Shown one piece after another: positions 37,134 through 47,060 of a DNA stretch of 64,000 nt. The stretch comes from an uncultured Spirochaetota bacterium (lineage in GTDB: Bacteria > Spirochaetota > B62-G9 > DRHN01), in contig CAYWUT010000003.1 of the NCBI GenBank assembly GCA_964460545.1, positions 1,271-65,270 of the forward strand, written 5' to 3'. The notes under the pieces were generated by a model. That model saw only the letters and a program-made list of their open reading frames with translations, was not told the DNA's origin and ran no database searches. The position numbers and the translations under genes are program-made. Each line of letters begins with the position of its first letter. Position 1 is the stretch's first letter.

Positions 37134-39173
37134 ATGAAAACCTATGAGGGAAAAGTTTCGGACGCAATGACGATCAAAATCGACGACGAGCTCCCGGATA
37201 TGCCCGGTTTCGTGCCGGGGATACGCAGGGCCCCTGACCGGGGGTTCAGGCTGAACCGCGGGCAGACGGAGACAGCGCTTATGAATGCGCTGCGGTACGT
37301 TCCGGAACAACACCATGAAACGCTCGCGCCCGAGTTCCTGGAGGAGCTCATGACGAGGGGGAGGATATACGGGTACCGTTTCCGTCCCGAGGGGCATATA
37401 AAGGGCCAGTCGATCGACCGGTACGAAGGCAGGAGCATGACGGGCAAGGCGTTTCAGGTCATGATAGACAACAACCTTGATTTCGATGTAGCGCTCTACC
37501 CATACGAACTCGTTACCTACGGAGAAACGGGAAGCGTGTGCCAGAACTGGATGCAGTACAGGCTGATCAAGAAATATCTCTCCCGGCTCACCGACCGGCA
37601 GACGCTCGTCGTGGAGTCCGGGCACCCGCTCGGATTGTTCAGGTCACAGCCGACGAGCCCCAGGGTGGTCGTCACGAACGCCCTCATGGTCGGCATGTTC
37701 GACAACGAGAATGACTGGGAGATCGCGGAGGAGATGGGGGTCGCGAACTACGGGCAGATGACCGCCGGCGGCTGGATGTATATCGGTCCCCAGGGAATCG
37801 TTCACGGCACCTACAGCACCCTGCTCAACGCCGGAAGACTGAAACTGGGTATGAACAAGGATGAAAACCTCTCCGGTAAACTTTTCGTATCCTCGGGACT
37901 CGGGGGAATGAGCGGCGCGCAGGCGAAAGCGGTAGAGATTGCGGGCGGTGTCGGCGTCATCGCGGAAGTCGACGCGTCGAGGATCGAAACCAGGAAGAAG
38001 CAGGGGTGGGTAAGTGAAGTTTCGTCCGATCTCGACGAGGTTTTCGGAATCGCGGCAAAGGCACAGTCGGCGGGCACGCCGGTTTCCGTCGCCTATCACG
38101 GAAACATCGTGGACCTTCTTGAGCACGTGAATAAAAAGAACGTACACGTGGATCTCCTCTCGGATCAGACGTCATGTCACGCGGTGTATAACGGCGGATA
38201 CTGTCCGCAGGGCGTGACGTTCGACGAGAGGACGAAGATGCTCGAATCGAACCGTGAAGCGTTCGGAAATCTGGTCGACAAGAGCCTGAAACGGCATTAC
38301 GAGGCGATCAAATCCCTCGTTGATCGCGGCGCCTATTTCTTCGATTATGGAAACTCGTTCATGAAGGCGGTGTTCGATGCAGGCGTGAAGGAGATATCGA
38401 AGAACGGGAAAGACGTGAAAGATGGATTCATATTCCCTTCATACGTTGAGGATATGATGGGTCCGATGCTGTTCGATTACGGCTACGGCCCGTTCCGTTG
38501 GGTCTGCCTCAGCGGAAAGGACGACGACCTCGCAAAGACGGACAGGGCGGCGATGGAATGCATAGATCCCGACCGGCGGTACCAGGACAGGGATAACTGG
38601 GTGTGGATACGGGACGCGCAGAAACACAATCTCGTCGTGGGTACCAGGGCGAGGATCCTCTACCAGGATGCGGAGGGGAGGGTTAAGATCGCGCTCAGGT
38701 TCAACGAGATGGTGAGAAACGGTGAGGTCGGCCCGATAATGCTCGGCAGGGACCATCACGACGCGGGCGGCACGGACTCTCCCTTCAGGGAAACGGCGAA
38801 TATCAAGGACGGAAGCAACGTGATGGCCGATATGGCGACACAGTGTTTCGCGGGCAACGCGGGAAGGGGGATGTCGATGATTTCCCTCCACAACGGCGGT
38901 GGCGTAGGCGTCGGGAAGGCCATCAACGGCGGCTTCGGACTGGCCCTCGACGGGAAACCGGCTACGGACGAGATTATCCGCAACGCGATGAGATGGGATG
39001 TCATGGGCGGGGTCGCGCGCCGTGCCTGGGCGAGAAACGATGCGTCGATCGCGACCTGCAGCGAGTACAACACCGAAAACACAGATACGGACCATATTAC
39101 GCTGCCCTATGTGGCGGACGAATCCCTCGTCGACGCCGTGGTGAAAGAAGCGTTTGAACGGAGCGGACGGTGA
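37134..39173 (+). CDS. hutU: Urocanate hydratase (long form)
   Basis: The ATG at 37134 follows AGGAGG. Urocanase core motifs (QTETALMN...YGETGSVCQNW...GGWMYIGPQGIVHGTY...) in a ~679-aa form. Confidence 0.95.
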   Translation: MKTYEGKVSDAMTIKIDDELPDMPGFVPGIRRAPDRGFRLNRGQTETALMNALRYVPEQHHETLAPEFLEELMTRGRIYGYRFRPEGHIKGQSIDRYEGRSMTGKAFQVMIDNNLDFDVALYPYELVTYGETGSVCQNWMQYRLIKKYLSRLTDRQTLVVESGHPLGLFRSQPTSPRVVVTNALMVGMFDNENDWEIAEEMGVANYGQMTAGGWMYIGPQGIVHGTYSTLLNAGRLKLGMNKDENLSGKLFVSSGLGGMSGAQAKAVEIAGGVGVIAEVDASRIETRKKQGWVSEVSSDLDEVFGIAAKAQSAGTPVSVAYHGNIVDLLEHVNKKNVHVDLLSDQTSCHAVYNGGYCPQGVTFDERTKMLESNREAFGNLVDKSLKRHYEAIKSLVDRGAYFFDYGNSFMKAVFDAGVKEISKNGKDVKDGFIFPSYVEDMMGPMLFDYGYGPFRWVCLSGKDDDLAKTDRAAMECIDPDRRYQDRDNWVWIRDAQKHNLVVGTRARILYQDAEGRVKIALRFNEMVRNGEVGPIMLGRDHHDAGGTDSPFRETANIKDGSNVMADMATQCFAGNAGRGMSMISLHNGGGVGVGKAINGGFGLALDGKPATDEIIRNAMRWDVMGGVARRAWARNDASIATCSEYNTENTDTDHITLPYVADESLVDAVVKEAFERSGR

Positions 39174-40429
39174 AGCGTACAGGCCTTCTGATCGAAAATA
39201 TCGGCGAACTCGTTACATGCAGCGGAACGGACGCGAAGCGGGGTGCGGCGATGTCGGATCTCGGCGTTATACGAGACGGCGCGGTTCTGGTCGAGGACGG
39301 AACCATACGGGCGGTCGGTAAAACAGGCGGGATAAAGAATAACGGGTTTCCGGTACTCGACGCCGCCGGAAGGGCCGTCCTGCCGGGGTTCGTGGACGCG
39401 CACACCCATTTTCTGTTCGGCGGGTACCGCGAGGAGGAGTTCGCCTGGAGGCTTGCCGGTGAAAGCTACCTCGATATGCTGAAAAAGGGCGGCGGTATCC
39501 TGAGTACCGTCAGGACGACGAGAACCTTCTCGAAAATTCGGCTGGAAGAGGAGGGGCGCGGGCGTCTCGACAGCATGCTGTCGTTCGGGGTGACGACGGT
39601 GGAGGGAAAAAGCGGGTACGGGCTCGATCACGACACTGAGATCAGGCAGCTCGAGGTGATGAAGAACCTGGACGAGATTCACCCGGTCGATGTCGTTCCC
39701 ACCTATCTCGGGGCCCATGCGGTGCCGGAAGAATACAAGGGAAAAAGCGACGAATACCTGGATTTCATACTCGAAAAGGTCCTTCCGGAAGTCTCGGAAA
39801 AGAAACTTGCTCGGTTCTGCGATGTATTCTGCGAGAAGGGCGTATTTTCGCGCCTTCAGAGCGAACGGCTTCTTCGCGGGGCGAAGGAGCTCGGGATGGG
39901 GATCAAGGTCCACGCCGACGAGATACACGATACCGGAGGGGCTGCCCTTGCGGCGCAGTTGCAGGCGGTATCAGCGGATCACCTTCTGCATGCATCGGAC
40001 AGCGGGCTGGATGAGATGGCGCGTGCGGGAACCGTCGCGGTGCTGCTTCCATGTACCGCGTTTTGCCTCGGAGAGCCCTATGCACGGGCGCGGGAAATGA
40101 TAGACCGCGGTATCGGGGTCGCGATGGCCACGGATATGAATCCCGGAAGCTGTTTTTCAGAATCCATCCCTCTCCTGTTCGCGCTCGCGACGATACAGAT
40201 GAAGATGTCGGCGGAAGAAGCGGTGACCGCCTGTACGATAAACGGCGCAGCGGCGCTTGACCTTGCGGAGCGAATCGGGAGTATCGATGTGGGGAAACGG
40301 GCGGATATGGTCGTGCTGCAGTATCCGTCATACCGGTTTCTGCCCTATCATACCGGTGTCAGCTGTGTGGAAAAGGTCATCAAGAGCGGTAAAACGGTAT
40401 ACGACCGTTCACAGGCGCTCGTGTATTGA
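39170..40429 (+). CDS. hutI: Imidazolonepropionase
   Basis: A GTG start overlapping the hutU stop. Amidohydrolase metal motif (PGFVDAHTHF) and the HutI body. Confidence 0.95.
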   Translation: MKRTGLLIENIGELVTCSGTDAKRGAAMSDLGVIRDGAVLVEDGTIRAVGKTGGIKNNGFPVLDAAGRAVLPGFVDAHTHFLFGGYREEEFAWRLAGESYLDMLKKGGGILSTVRTTRTFSKIRLEEEGRGRLDSMLSFGVTTVEGKSGYGLDHDTEIRQLEVMKNLDEIHPVDVVPTYLGAHAVPEEYKGKSDEYLDFILEKVLPEVSEKKLARFCDVFCEKGVFSRLQSERLLRGAKELGMGIKVHADEIHDTGGAALAAQLQAVSADHLLHASDSGLDEMARAGTVAVLLPCTAFCLGEPYARAREMIDRGIGVAMATDMNPGSCFSESIPLLFALATIQMKMSAEEAVTACTINGAAALDLAERIGSIDVGKRADMVVLQYPSYRFLPYHTGVSCVEKVIKSGKTVYDRSQALVY

Positions 40430-40535
40430 AAGAGCTTGACGTACTGAACGGCCCCCATACTTTGATCCACTTCCAGTGTCGGTATTCGAATCGTAGGTGT
40501 GAGGTGTAGCGAAGCGGAATCGAACATCCTAAATA

Positions 40536-41399
40536 TTAAACTAACGTCCAGTTTTTATGACTGGAGCCGAACATCCGGAACAGTTTTTTCAGCTCTTCGG
40601 AAACCTTTAAGCCGGTTTGTTCGATTATTTTGTGAGCCTCCGTTTCATCGGCACGAAGGTCCTTGATTCGACGTGTCCCTGCCGTAAATATTTCTTTTAT
40701 GACCGTGCCGATGTTGATCTTTCGCACGCCCATCCGCCTGACTTTATCAATCACCTCAGGCCCCAGACCCGACCCGCCGTGTAAAACAAGGGGTATTCCC
40801 ACTGCCCGGTATATACTTTCCAACCGGTTATAATCAATCCTCGGTTCACCTTTATAATGCCCGTGTACCGTTCCCACGGAAACCGCAAGGCAATCCACGC
40901 CCGTTTTTTCGACGAATTCTATCGCCAGATTTGGATCGGTATAGACCGCATCCCGTTCCTCTACCGAAACCTCCTCCTCGGTTCCGACAACTCTCCCCAG
41001 CTCGGCCTCGACCGTGACATCCCGTTCATGTGCCCGTTCGGCGACCTTTCTTGTCAATTCGATATTTTTTTCAAAGGGCAGGAGAGAACCGTCGAACATA
41101 ACCGACGTGAATCCTTTTCGTATACATTCATATATCGTTTCGATACTCGTGGCATGATCGAGGTGGATCGATACAGGCACGGTGCACCGCTGTATCAGGG
41201 CCCTGGCCGTATCAACGAACCTGTCTATACCAATCCGCTCGAGTACAAACGTGCCGGTTTGAAAAATGAGCGGGGATTGTTCTTCCTCGGCCGTCGTGAT
41301 GTTTATGGGTATAATCTCAAAGCAGCAGGTATCCAATCCCATGACTATGTAGCTTTTCTCTTCTGCATGTGCCAATAACGCGGCGGTATTTACCAGCAA
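40536..41399 (-). CDS. Class II fructose/tagatose-bisphosphate aldolase family protein
   Basis: A 287-aa product with an FbaA/GatY-like TIM-barrel pattern (DHATS...; LHGGSG). Confidence 0.85.
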   Translation of the reverse strand: MLVNTAALLAHAEEKSYIVMGLDTCCFEIIPINITTAEEEQSPLIFQTGTFVLERIGIDRFVDTARALIQRCTVPVSIHLDHATSIETIYECIRKGFTSVMFDGSLLPFEKNIELTRKVAERAHERDVTVEAELGRVVGTEEEVSVEERDAVYTDPNLAIEFVEKTGVDCLAVSVGTVHGHYKGEPRIDYNRLESIYRAVGIPLVLHGGSGLGPEVIDKVRRMGVRKINIGTVIKEIFTAGTRRIKDLRADETEAHKIIEQTGLKVSEELKKLFRMFGSSHKNWTLV

Positions 41400-41976
41400 T
41401 GTTTAACCTCCCGATCATGAATGAAATCTAATTACGATGCTCAGTTGAAACCGTAAAGAGTCCTGTTCAGGACCGGTACTTTCAATGACTTCGCAGGTCT
41501 ACGATAAGCTGTTACGTGAACGTCATCAGGAGTCTCCCGAGACGCCGCCGGTAACGAAACATGGTGACCGCTACCAATATACATGATTTTCCCCTCATTT
41601 TCCAATCCGGGATTGTGGAATGGATCTGGTGAAATTTATTACAATGGACGATATAAACGGGGCGAACTGGGAAACCTACGGTGAATTCGGTATCGTTGTG
41701 GGGCAGTTCCGGTTTTATTAAAATAACGGGTCACGTCGGGTTATTTTTTCAGCTCGATTTTTTACGGATTAATTACATGGTTTTCTCAAAATCTCTATAA
41801 TGGCATTTCACCAAGTTCCGGAATGGAAAGTGAGCAGCTGGGAGTGCGGTGACACTCCCAGCAATCCAAATGGAGGGAAATGAATTGCAGTTAAACTGCT
41901 GCTCCACTCAATTATGCAGATAATTTTAATCTTGTAAAGTAGAAAAACGCTCATTTTGAACTGTCCGTGTGCATAT

Positions 41977-42160
41977 ATGAGTGGAAAGAGCGGGTTGCCG
42001 CAGAAGATAATCGACCTGATCCCGGAGCACAAGACCTCTGTGAGTTGCACTTGCATTTTTATCAGGTAATGATCGAAAATTTTCCCTGAGAGGACTGCCT
42101 GTCACAATACGACAAACCGGAAACCTTATTCTACCTCGACCCTCCCTTTTACATAAAATA
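41977..42160 (+). pseudogene. Decayed D12-class (Dam-like) N6-adenine DNA methyltransferase
   Basis: Fragment 1 reads MSGKSGLPQKIIDLIPEHKT...*, matching the GGK..LLP.I..LIP N-terminal motif. Fragment 2, in another frame, reads YDKPETLFYLDPPFYIK*, carrying motif IV (DPPY/F). The fragments are interrupted by stops and frame changes inside a ~40% GC tract. Confidence 0.4.
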
Positions 42161-42428
42161 AACCCTGCTCTTTTCAAGGGTGACCGAAGATCATACCGCC
42201 CTGAGAGCGGTACCGCGTACTGCACGAGTAACCTACTCGACAGTATTACTTCCGTTGAGGCACGTGTAGCAAGAAAAAAATAATTTATAAAACACTTTTA
42301 AAGATGACGGCTGAACAACTTCGCAAGAGCACCTTAGAATATTTGTATTTGCCATTGAAACCGGATTTACATTAGTAAATGATTTATATATATTCTAATT
42401 AAAATTATTATAGATCTAAGCGATATCA

Positions 42429-43166
42429 GTGCGGAGTAATACAATGCTCGGGAATATGAACTTTCTTCACATGATACCAGATTATTTAATAATCAGGTTA
42501 CTCTTTGCCAGTGTATTGGGTGCATTAATAGGAATTGAACGAGATTTTCATGGAAGATCAGCAGGTCTGAGAACCAATCTCCTTGTTAGTTTAGGTGCCG
42601 CAGTATTCATGATTGTTTCTGAAATGATCCCAACTTCGTATTTATCAGGTTATGATAGCAATTCAATACTTCGATCCGATCCTAGTAGGATAGCAGCAAA
42701 TATCATAACAGGAATAGGCTTTTTAGGTGCTGGAGTGATTATTAAATCAGGTTTTTCAGTTAAGGGCATGACAACAGCAGCTTGTTTATGGCTATCAGCA
42801 GGTATAGGAATAAGTGCCGGAGCCGGATTCTATGAAATTGCACTCATTACTACAATAATTGGACTGATAAGTCTGATCCTTCTAAATCCTTTAGAGAAAG
42901 TATATGCGAAGGATTCCTACAGATCACTCCAGATCGTAACGTCAAACGATACAGATTTAGGGCGAATAATTTCAATTATTAAACGTGAAGGGCTGAAAAT
43001 ATTATACCTGGATAAAGAAAGAAATTATGAGACGGATAAAATGAAAATAATTTTTACTCTACGATTGCACTATAAAGGAGCTACAGATAAATTATCACAC
43101 GTTATAGTACAGGATATAGAAAGGTCGGGTATTGATGTTTATAAGATTAGATGGTTCCATCAATAG
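42429..43166 (+). CDS. mgtC: MgtC/SapB family membrane protein
   Basis: MgtC N-terminal signature (RLLFASVLGALIGIERDFHGRSAGLRTN). The gene is markedly AT-rich compared with its flanks. Confidence 0.85.
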   Translation: MRSNTMLGNMNFLHMIPDYLIIRLLFASVLGALIGIERDFHGRSAGLRTNLLVSLGAAVFMIVSEMIPTSYLSGYDSNSILRSDPSRIAANIITGIGFLGAGVIIKSGFSVKGMTTAACLWLSAGIGISAGAGFYEIALITTIIGLISLILLNPLEKVYAKDSYRSLQIVTSNDTDLGRIISIIKREGLKILYLDKERNYETDKMKIIFTLRLHYKGATDKLSHVIVQDIERSGIDVYKIRWFHQ

Positions 43167-43503
43167 CACATGATTTTCAACTGTTTCTTATTAATGATAA
43201 TTTCCTAATACGCACATTTTTTCTTCACATTTGTTCCTCATAAATATTCTTCACAAATGTTTTTTGATTTAACAGACCACCTACCCGTATCCTTGTAGTA
43301 ATCCATGCCGCACAAACTGCACAAGCCCTGTTCTTTCGATGATTTCCGGATATCCGACATCGGACAATGTGACGCTGGGATCGAATACCACGTCAGTGAA
43401 GCCGCCGCATGCCCGGCATGAAATACCTGTAGACCTCAGCTTCTTTTTAAACTAGATTCCTGTTGTACCAGGCGTTCCATTCTCCACCAACACGGGAGAG
43501 GTT

Positions 43504-44535
43504 ATGATATCGGACGAGCAGCTGCGCAAGGTCGGTTTTTTCACCATGGTTCTGGTTTCGAGCGTTTTCATCGTACAGATACTCAGGACCCTGAAGGGGG
43601 TGTTCCTGCCCCTGGTCATAGCAATATTCCTCGCCTATCTCCTGTCGCCTCCCATCGAGTTCTTCGCCCGGTACAAGGTGCCGCGTGTGGTTACGCTCAT
43701 CGTACTCGTCGTCATCCTCTGCTTCGCGGGCTATTTCGGGGTACAGGTCCTCATTCTCAACGTGAGCACCCTCACCGAGCGGCTGCCCGAGCTGAGAGGA
43801 CAATTCCTCAACACGGTCGGTCCTGTTCTCGCGCGCATAAGCGCCCTGGCGCCCGAACGAATGTTAGAGATTATACAGTCGTCGGGAGTTACAAAATTCG
43901 CAAGGAGCTTCTTTCAAAAGTCCTTCTCCATACTGGGAATGGTTCTTCTCACCCTCCTCATACTCGTATTCATCGGCTCCACCTATTCGAGGTATCCCCG
44001 GATCCTCAGGAAGGCGTTGAGCGGCAAGGGAGGGGACGACGTCATCAAGCTCGTCAAGCGGATCAACGGGCAGATCGTCCAGTACGTGCTCGTGAAATCG
44101 TTCGTCAGCGTGGGCACGGGTGTGCTGACCGGGCTCGCTTGCTTCCTGCTCGGCATAGAGTTCGCCCTCCTGTGGGGATTTTTGACCTTCCTGTTCAATT
44201 TCATACCCTACGTGGGGTCCCTTGTGGCCGTGCTGTTTCCCATCGGACTCGCGATCCTCCAGTTCCAGCAGCCCCTCATACCTCTGGTGGCACTCGTGAT
44301 TCTCGTTCCCATTCAGGTCGTTATGGGCAGCATTCTCGAGCCCTATTTAATGGGAAACCGGTTCAACCTGTCGCCGATCGTGATCCTCGTGTCCCTGTTC
44401 TTCTGGTCCTACGTGTGGGGACTGGCGGGGGCCTTTCTGGCCGTTCCGCTCACGGCCATCATCAGAACTGTTTTCATGAATATCGAGTCCCTGCGCCCGG
44501 TTGCCCAGCTCATCAGCAGGACCGGTGATAATTAA
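43504..44535 (+). CDS. AI-2E family transporter (PerM/UPF0118)
   Basis: A 343-aa product with 8 TM helices and the conserved LLWGFLTFLFNFIPYVGS block. Confidence 0.85.
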   Translation: MISDEQLRKVGFFTMVLVSSVFIVQILRTLKGVFLPLVIAIFLAYLLSPPIEFFARYKVPRVVTLIVLVVILCFAGYFGVQVLILNVSTLTERLPELRGQFLNTVGPVLARISALAPERMLEIIQSSGVTKFARSFFQKSFSILGMVLLTLLILVFIGSTYSRYPRILRKALSGKGGDDVIKLVKRINGQIVQYVLVKSFVSVGTGVLTGLACFLLGIEFALLWGFLTFLFNFIPYVGSLVAVLFPIGLAILQFQQPLIPLVALVILVPIQVVMGSILEPYLMGNRFNLSPIVILVSLFFWSYVWGLAGAFLAVPLTAIIRTVFMNIESLRPVAQLISRTGDN

Positions 44536-44915
44536 CGAGCGTGCGTCGGTAAAAATGAACAGTAAACAGGGACGCGAGAATATTATATTTTTTTAATATG
44601 AATCCCGCTTCATAACTGGGCTTAATCTCTTTCAGAAACCTTACTTATTCAGAATCGTATTCAATTAATTATTTGGAAACAAGGGAGATGATGCAGCAGC
44701 CCGGGCTTACGCTCATTATCCGGGCCGTATCTTCGTCTCGGTTTCTCAGCGAAGAAACGTGACCGGGAAACCCGGAGGGAAACCGCAGTGGGTTTACCTT
44801 ATTATAAGGTAAAACGGTTCGATAATTGATAGGTAAGAGAGAATAAAAGAGATAAATGCAAAATGTTTAGTGATATATAACGGTTCGACCGAATCGATGA
44901 AAGGTATGAACGGCA

Positions 44916-47039
44916 ATGAGAAAAACGATCGTACAAGAATGCGGAACATGCCCGCGAGTAGTGAAAGGGGCATTTTTATTCACGGTGTTTATGATCCTGG
45001 GAGGATTGACTCTCATATTACTGCCCCGTTCCGCACTGGCCCAGGACGAACACGGCCTGAGTATACAGTCACATGCTTCCATCGTGCCAGCCTCCATACC
45101 GGTGGGAACGAGCGGGGTCGGTATAACGCGGCTGCAGTTTCGAAGCGGGGACAACGACGATACCACGAGCATATCGCATATAGAGATTACGCTTACCGGC
45201 ACTTTGAGCGACTCAGACGACATCGCGGCCGTCAATGTCTATTTCGAGGACAGCGGCGGCAACCTTCTTTTCGACAACGGCACTGTCGATGATGTGGATG
45301 CCGTATTAGGAGGAGGTCCCGTCACATTCGGTGGCGGCACAACTCTCGATATAGACCTGGATCCGAATACCGTGGCGTTCGGCTGGGGCGGGTCCAGATA
45401 TCTCTACATTGTCTTCGATTTCGCGTCTGACGCCAATTCAGCAGAAACCGTGGGGTGTGTGATCACGAAGGTTACCTACGGTGCGCAGTTCACCGGTACG
45501 GGCGGACCGGGCTCCCCTGCAGTCCCACCCGCTCATTCCGGGACCGGCAATGTGGACGATTACGAGGTAACCCTGACGGCGACCGGCATCGCGCCCGCAG
45601 AGGCGGCCCAGGGCGATGAGAACGTGGAAATTCTCAAGCTGGTATTCACCGCCGTGGACGGAAGCGTTACTGCGAATATCGATTCGATAGAGCTCCGACG
45701 TGCAGGTACCGGAACCGACGGCGATGTGGCGGCTTCCGGTGTGACACTCTATGATGATACGGGGGACACTTCCGGGAGTTATGACAGCGGAGATACGGCG
45801 ATCGGCGGGGGATCGGGTTCACTGAGCGGGGGGTATGTGTTATTGAATCCCACGTCGAACCTCCAGGTGGCCTCGGCGGGCAAAACCTTTTTCGTAACGG
45901 TAAATATCGCGGCTACGGCGGCAGTTACAAAAACCGTGGGAATTGATGTTGAGGATCCGTCGAGCGACGTGGTTTTCGTCGATGTTGAAACAGACCCCGA
46001 TATCACAACACAGTATACCCAGAAGGGTTTCATTACCTCTTCATCCGCAACTCCGGAAAGCGGGAACACCGTCGCCATCGAGGAAATTGTAACCGAGGAT
46101 GTTACTCCGCCTACCGTTACTTTTACCGATCCGGCGGACGGGGAGACGGATGTACTTATTACAAAGGATATCGATCTCATCTTTTCCGAGGACATGGACG
46201 CGTCTACGGTAAATACCAGCAGCTTTCTCCTCAAGGACAGCCTGAACAGCGCTGTTTCAGGTACCGTGAATATCTCGGGATCGAACGCCACATTTGTTCC
46301 GACTTCGAATCTTGAATATCAGGAGACCTATACGGCAATGGTTACGACCGCAGTGCAGGACCTGGCGGGGAATCCGATGGCAGAGAATTATACGTGGAGC
46401 TTTACAGTACAGGACCCTCCGCTTCCACCGGCAGTCACCTTTACCGATCCTGTAGACGAAGAGCGTAACGTGCCCACTGCCACGGATATAGATGTCATAT
46501 TCTCAAAGGACATGGACGCGTCTACGGTAAATACCAGCAGCTTTCTCCTCAGGGACAGCCTGGACAACGCCGTCTCGGGCACGGTGTCCGTTTCCGGAAG
46601 GAACGCGACCTTTACACCCCTGTCAACCCTCGCGTATGAAACCACGTATATCGTGACTATTAACACGGATGCGCTGGACCTGGATGGGTATTCACTGACT
46701 GAAGACTACGTGTGGAGCTTTACGACCATCGAATACGTGCCCGAGCCCATTGCCGCGAACAACCGGATTCTTCCCGGATCGACCGATCCCGTCAAGATCT
46801 ACATACCCGAACCTCCGGGCGGACCGGATGAAAGAGTGACGGTACAGATCTTCACCGTTACGGGAGAGAGAATCGCGACGCTGGTAAATAATACTCCCTA
46901 CAGTCAGATAGTGAGTTCTCTTCCACTGCTCTGGTACGGGAAGAATCAGCGGCAGAAAAACCTGGGCCCGGGCCTGTACTTTATTCAGATAAGGACATCG
47001 AGTTACAAGAGGGTTCTCAAAGTATTGATCGTTCGGTGA
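44916..47039 (+). CDS. Secreted Ig-like (SbsA/Big_5-type) tandem-repeat protein with a T9SS-type C-terminal sorting domain
   Basis: A signal peptide, then a Thr/Gly/Asp-rich region. Two ~105-aa Ig-like repeats follow (TFTDPADGETDV... and TFTDPVDEERNV...). The C-terminal ~80 aa (VTVQIFTVTGERIATLV...GPGLYFIQIRTSSYKRVLKVLIVR*) fit the Por_Secre_tail pattern; FlgD-Ig is the alternative. Confidence 0.7.
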   Translation: MRKTIVQECGTCPRVVKGAFLFTVFMILGGLTLILLPRSALAQDEHGLSIQSHASIVPASIPVGTSGVGITRLQFRSGDNDDTTSISHIEITLTGTLSDSDDIAAVNVYFEDSGGNLLFDNGTVDDVDAVLGGGPVTFGGGTTLDIDLDPNTVAFGWGGSRYLYIVFDFASDANSAETVGCVITKVTYGAQFTGTGGPGSPAVPPAHSGTGNVDDYEVTLTATGIAPAEAAQGDENVEILKLVFTAVDGSVTANIDSIELRRAGTGTDGDVAASGVTLYDDTGDTSGSYDSGDTAIGGGSGSLSGGYVLLNPTSNLQVASAGKTFFVTVNIAATAAVTKTVGIDVEDPSSDVVFVDVETDPDITTQYTQKGFITSSSATPESGNTVAIEEIVTEDVTPPTVTFTDPADGETDVLITKDIDLIFSEDMDASTVNTSSFLLKDSLNSAVSGTVNISGSNATFVPTSNLEYQETYTAMVTTAVQDLAGNPMAENYTWSFTVQDPPLPPAVTFTDPVDEERNVPTATDIDVIFSKDMDASTVNTSSFLLRDSLDNAVSGTVSVSGRNATFTPLSTLAYETTYIVTINTDALDLDGYSLTEDYVWSFTTIEYVPEPIAANNRILPGSTDPVKIYIPEPPGGPDERVTVQIFTVTGERIATLVNNTPYSQIVSSLPLLWYGKNQRQKNLGPGLYFIQIRTSSYKRVLKVLIVR

Positions 47040-47060
47040 CATTTATTCGAGGGAATTTAT

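Noticed and set aside
40470-40535. tRNA-like fragments (TTCGAATC / GGAATCGAAC) downstream of hutI that could mark an integration site
   Set aside because: I could not fold a cloverleaf or a convincing T-arm plus acceptor stem in either orientation. The adjacent aldolase gene has normal GC, so there is no island boundary here.
41624-41880. Short ORF-like fragments in the AT-rich tract (e.g. DLVKFITMDDINGANWETYGEFGIVVGQFRFY*, MAFHQVPEWKVSSWECGDTPSNPNGGK*)
   Set aside because: They are interrupted by stops, lack RBS or start context, and have no recognisable motifs. I treat them as decayed remnants and not as genes.
43305-43421. 38-aa Cys-containing small ORF (MPHKLHKPCSFDDFRISDIGQCDAGIEYHVSEAAACPA) in the spacer after mgtC
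   Set aside because: No Shine-Dalgarno sequence. It lies in a low-complexity AT-rich spacer. There is no adjacent maturation enzyme. Most likely a chance ORF.
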